Below are positions 31,923-32,715 of a DNA stretch of 32,715 nt, piece by piece. This stretch comes from Octopus bimaculoides (lineage: Eukaryota), in NCBI RefSeq assembly GCF_001194135.2, contig NC_068986.1, positions 25,020,958 through 25,053,672 on the forward strand, given 5' to 3'. Below the pieces are notes generated by a model that saw only the letters and a program-made list of their open reading frames with translations, did no database searches and had not been told where the DNA came from. How positions within the stretch are numbered: the first letter of the stretch is position 1; each line of letters begins with the position of its first letter. The translations under genes were made by a program, and so were the position numbers.

Positions 31923-32199
31923 CGCTTCTGTATATGATTTTTTTAAAAACATTTCTCTACAGTTACATAACTAAACTGCATCAAATACTATACTTCTGAA
32001 TGAAACACAAGAAAGAACAGCTACCCGCGACCTTTATAGACCTTCCTTTAAACATGCTGTTTTTATAACATCTTAAATTTCGGAGTCAGTTATATGTAAT
32101 ACATCATTTTAAACATTTCTATTTGTCATGGTCATGTGAAAAATTACCTAATTACAAACCATATTTACGTCATAAATTTGCTTTTAATCTTTATCGGTA

Positions 32200-32586
32200 T
32201 ATTTGCATATGTGTGTATGTATGCAGATATATATATATACATACGTACGTACATACATACGTGCATACATAAATCCATATAAATTTTGCTGGGTGGGTTT
32301 TTTGTAACATGTGTATGTGTCTGTGTGTGCGCGCGCATATGCGTGTGTGTGCATACATACATATAGACTTTTCTTGGCTTCTTACTACATATATATACAT
32401 ATATATTGTGTCACACACACACACACATCCACACACACACACATATATATACATGTATGTCGGATGCATGTACGTATGTACATACTGTATATGTATGTAT
32501 GCGTATATATGTGTGTGTGTGTGCATGTGTGTGTGTGCATGTGTGTGTGTGCATGTGTGTGTGCATGTGTGTGTGTGCGCGTGTAT

Positions 32587-32652
<66 letters not shown>

Positions 32653-32665
32653 GGACGGACGAGCG

Positions 32666-32715
<50 letters not shown>
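32200..32715. repeat. Microsatellite mosaic (TA/TG/TATG), then (GATA)n and (GACA)n to the window end
   Basis: Directly visible. Confidence 0.95.

Overview
Eukaryotic, AT-rich, repeat-dense non-coding window with 11 assembly gaps (about 3.9 kb of N, about 12%) and no intact protein-coding gene, RNA gene or CRISPR array that I can support. The SINE families and microsatellite load match what I recall of Octopus genomes (inference, not checked). Contents: about 25 copies or fragments of at least four tRNA-derived SINE families; decayed Penelope-like element (PLE) pieces covering the N-terminus, RT and GIY-YIG endonuclease; R4/Dong-like, RTE and CR1-like LINE fragments; two mariner remnants; two unexplained tandem-repeat elements; and many microsatellites. 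Best leads: (1) minimal type I hammerhead-ribozyme motifs in the inverted terminal arms of a PLE, one with a U3-A8 core variant, plus a separate CTGATGA...GAAAC motif at about 12.43 kb; (2) a CR1-like LINE whose 3' UTR shares its tail and stem-loop with the commonest SINE here, suggesting a SINE/LINE partner pair; (3) a mariner derivative made of two 5' ends joined in inverted orientation; (4) tandem elements with 331-bp and about 152-bp units. These appear to be new instances of known transposon biology rather than a clearly new system. All alignments and identities were judged by eye.
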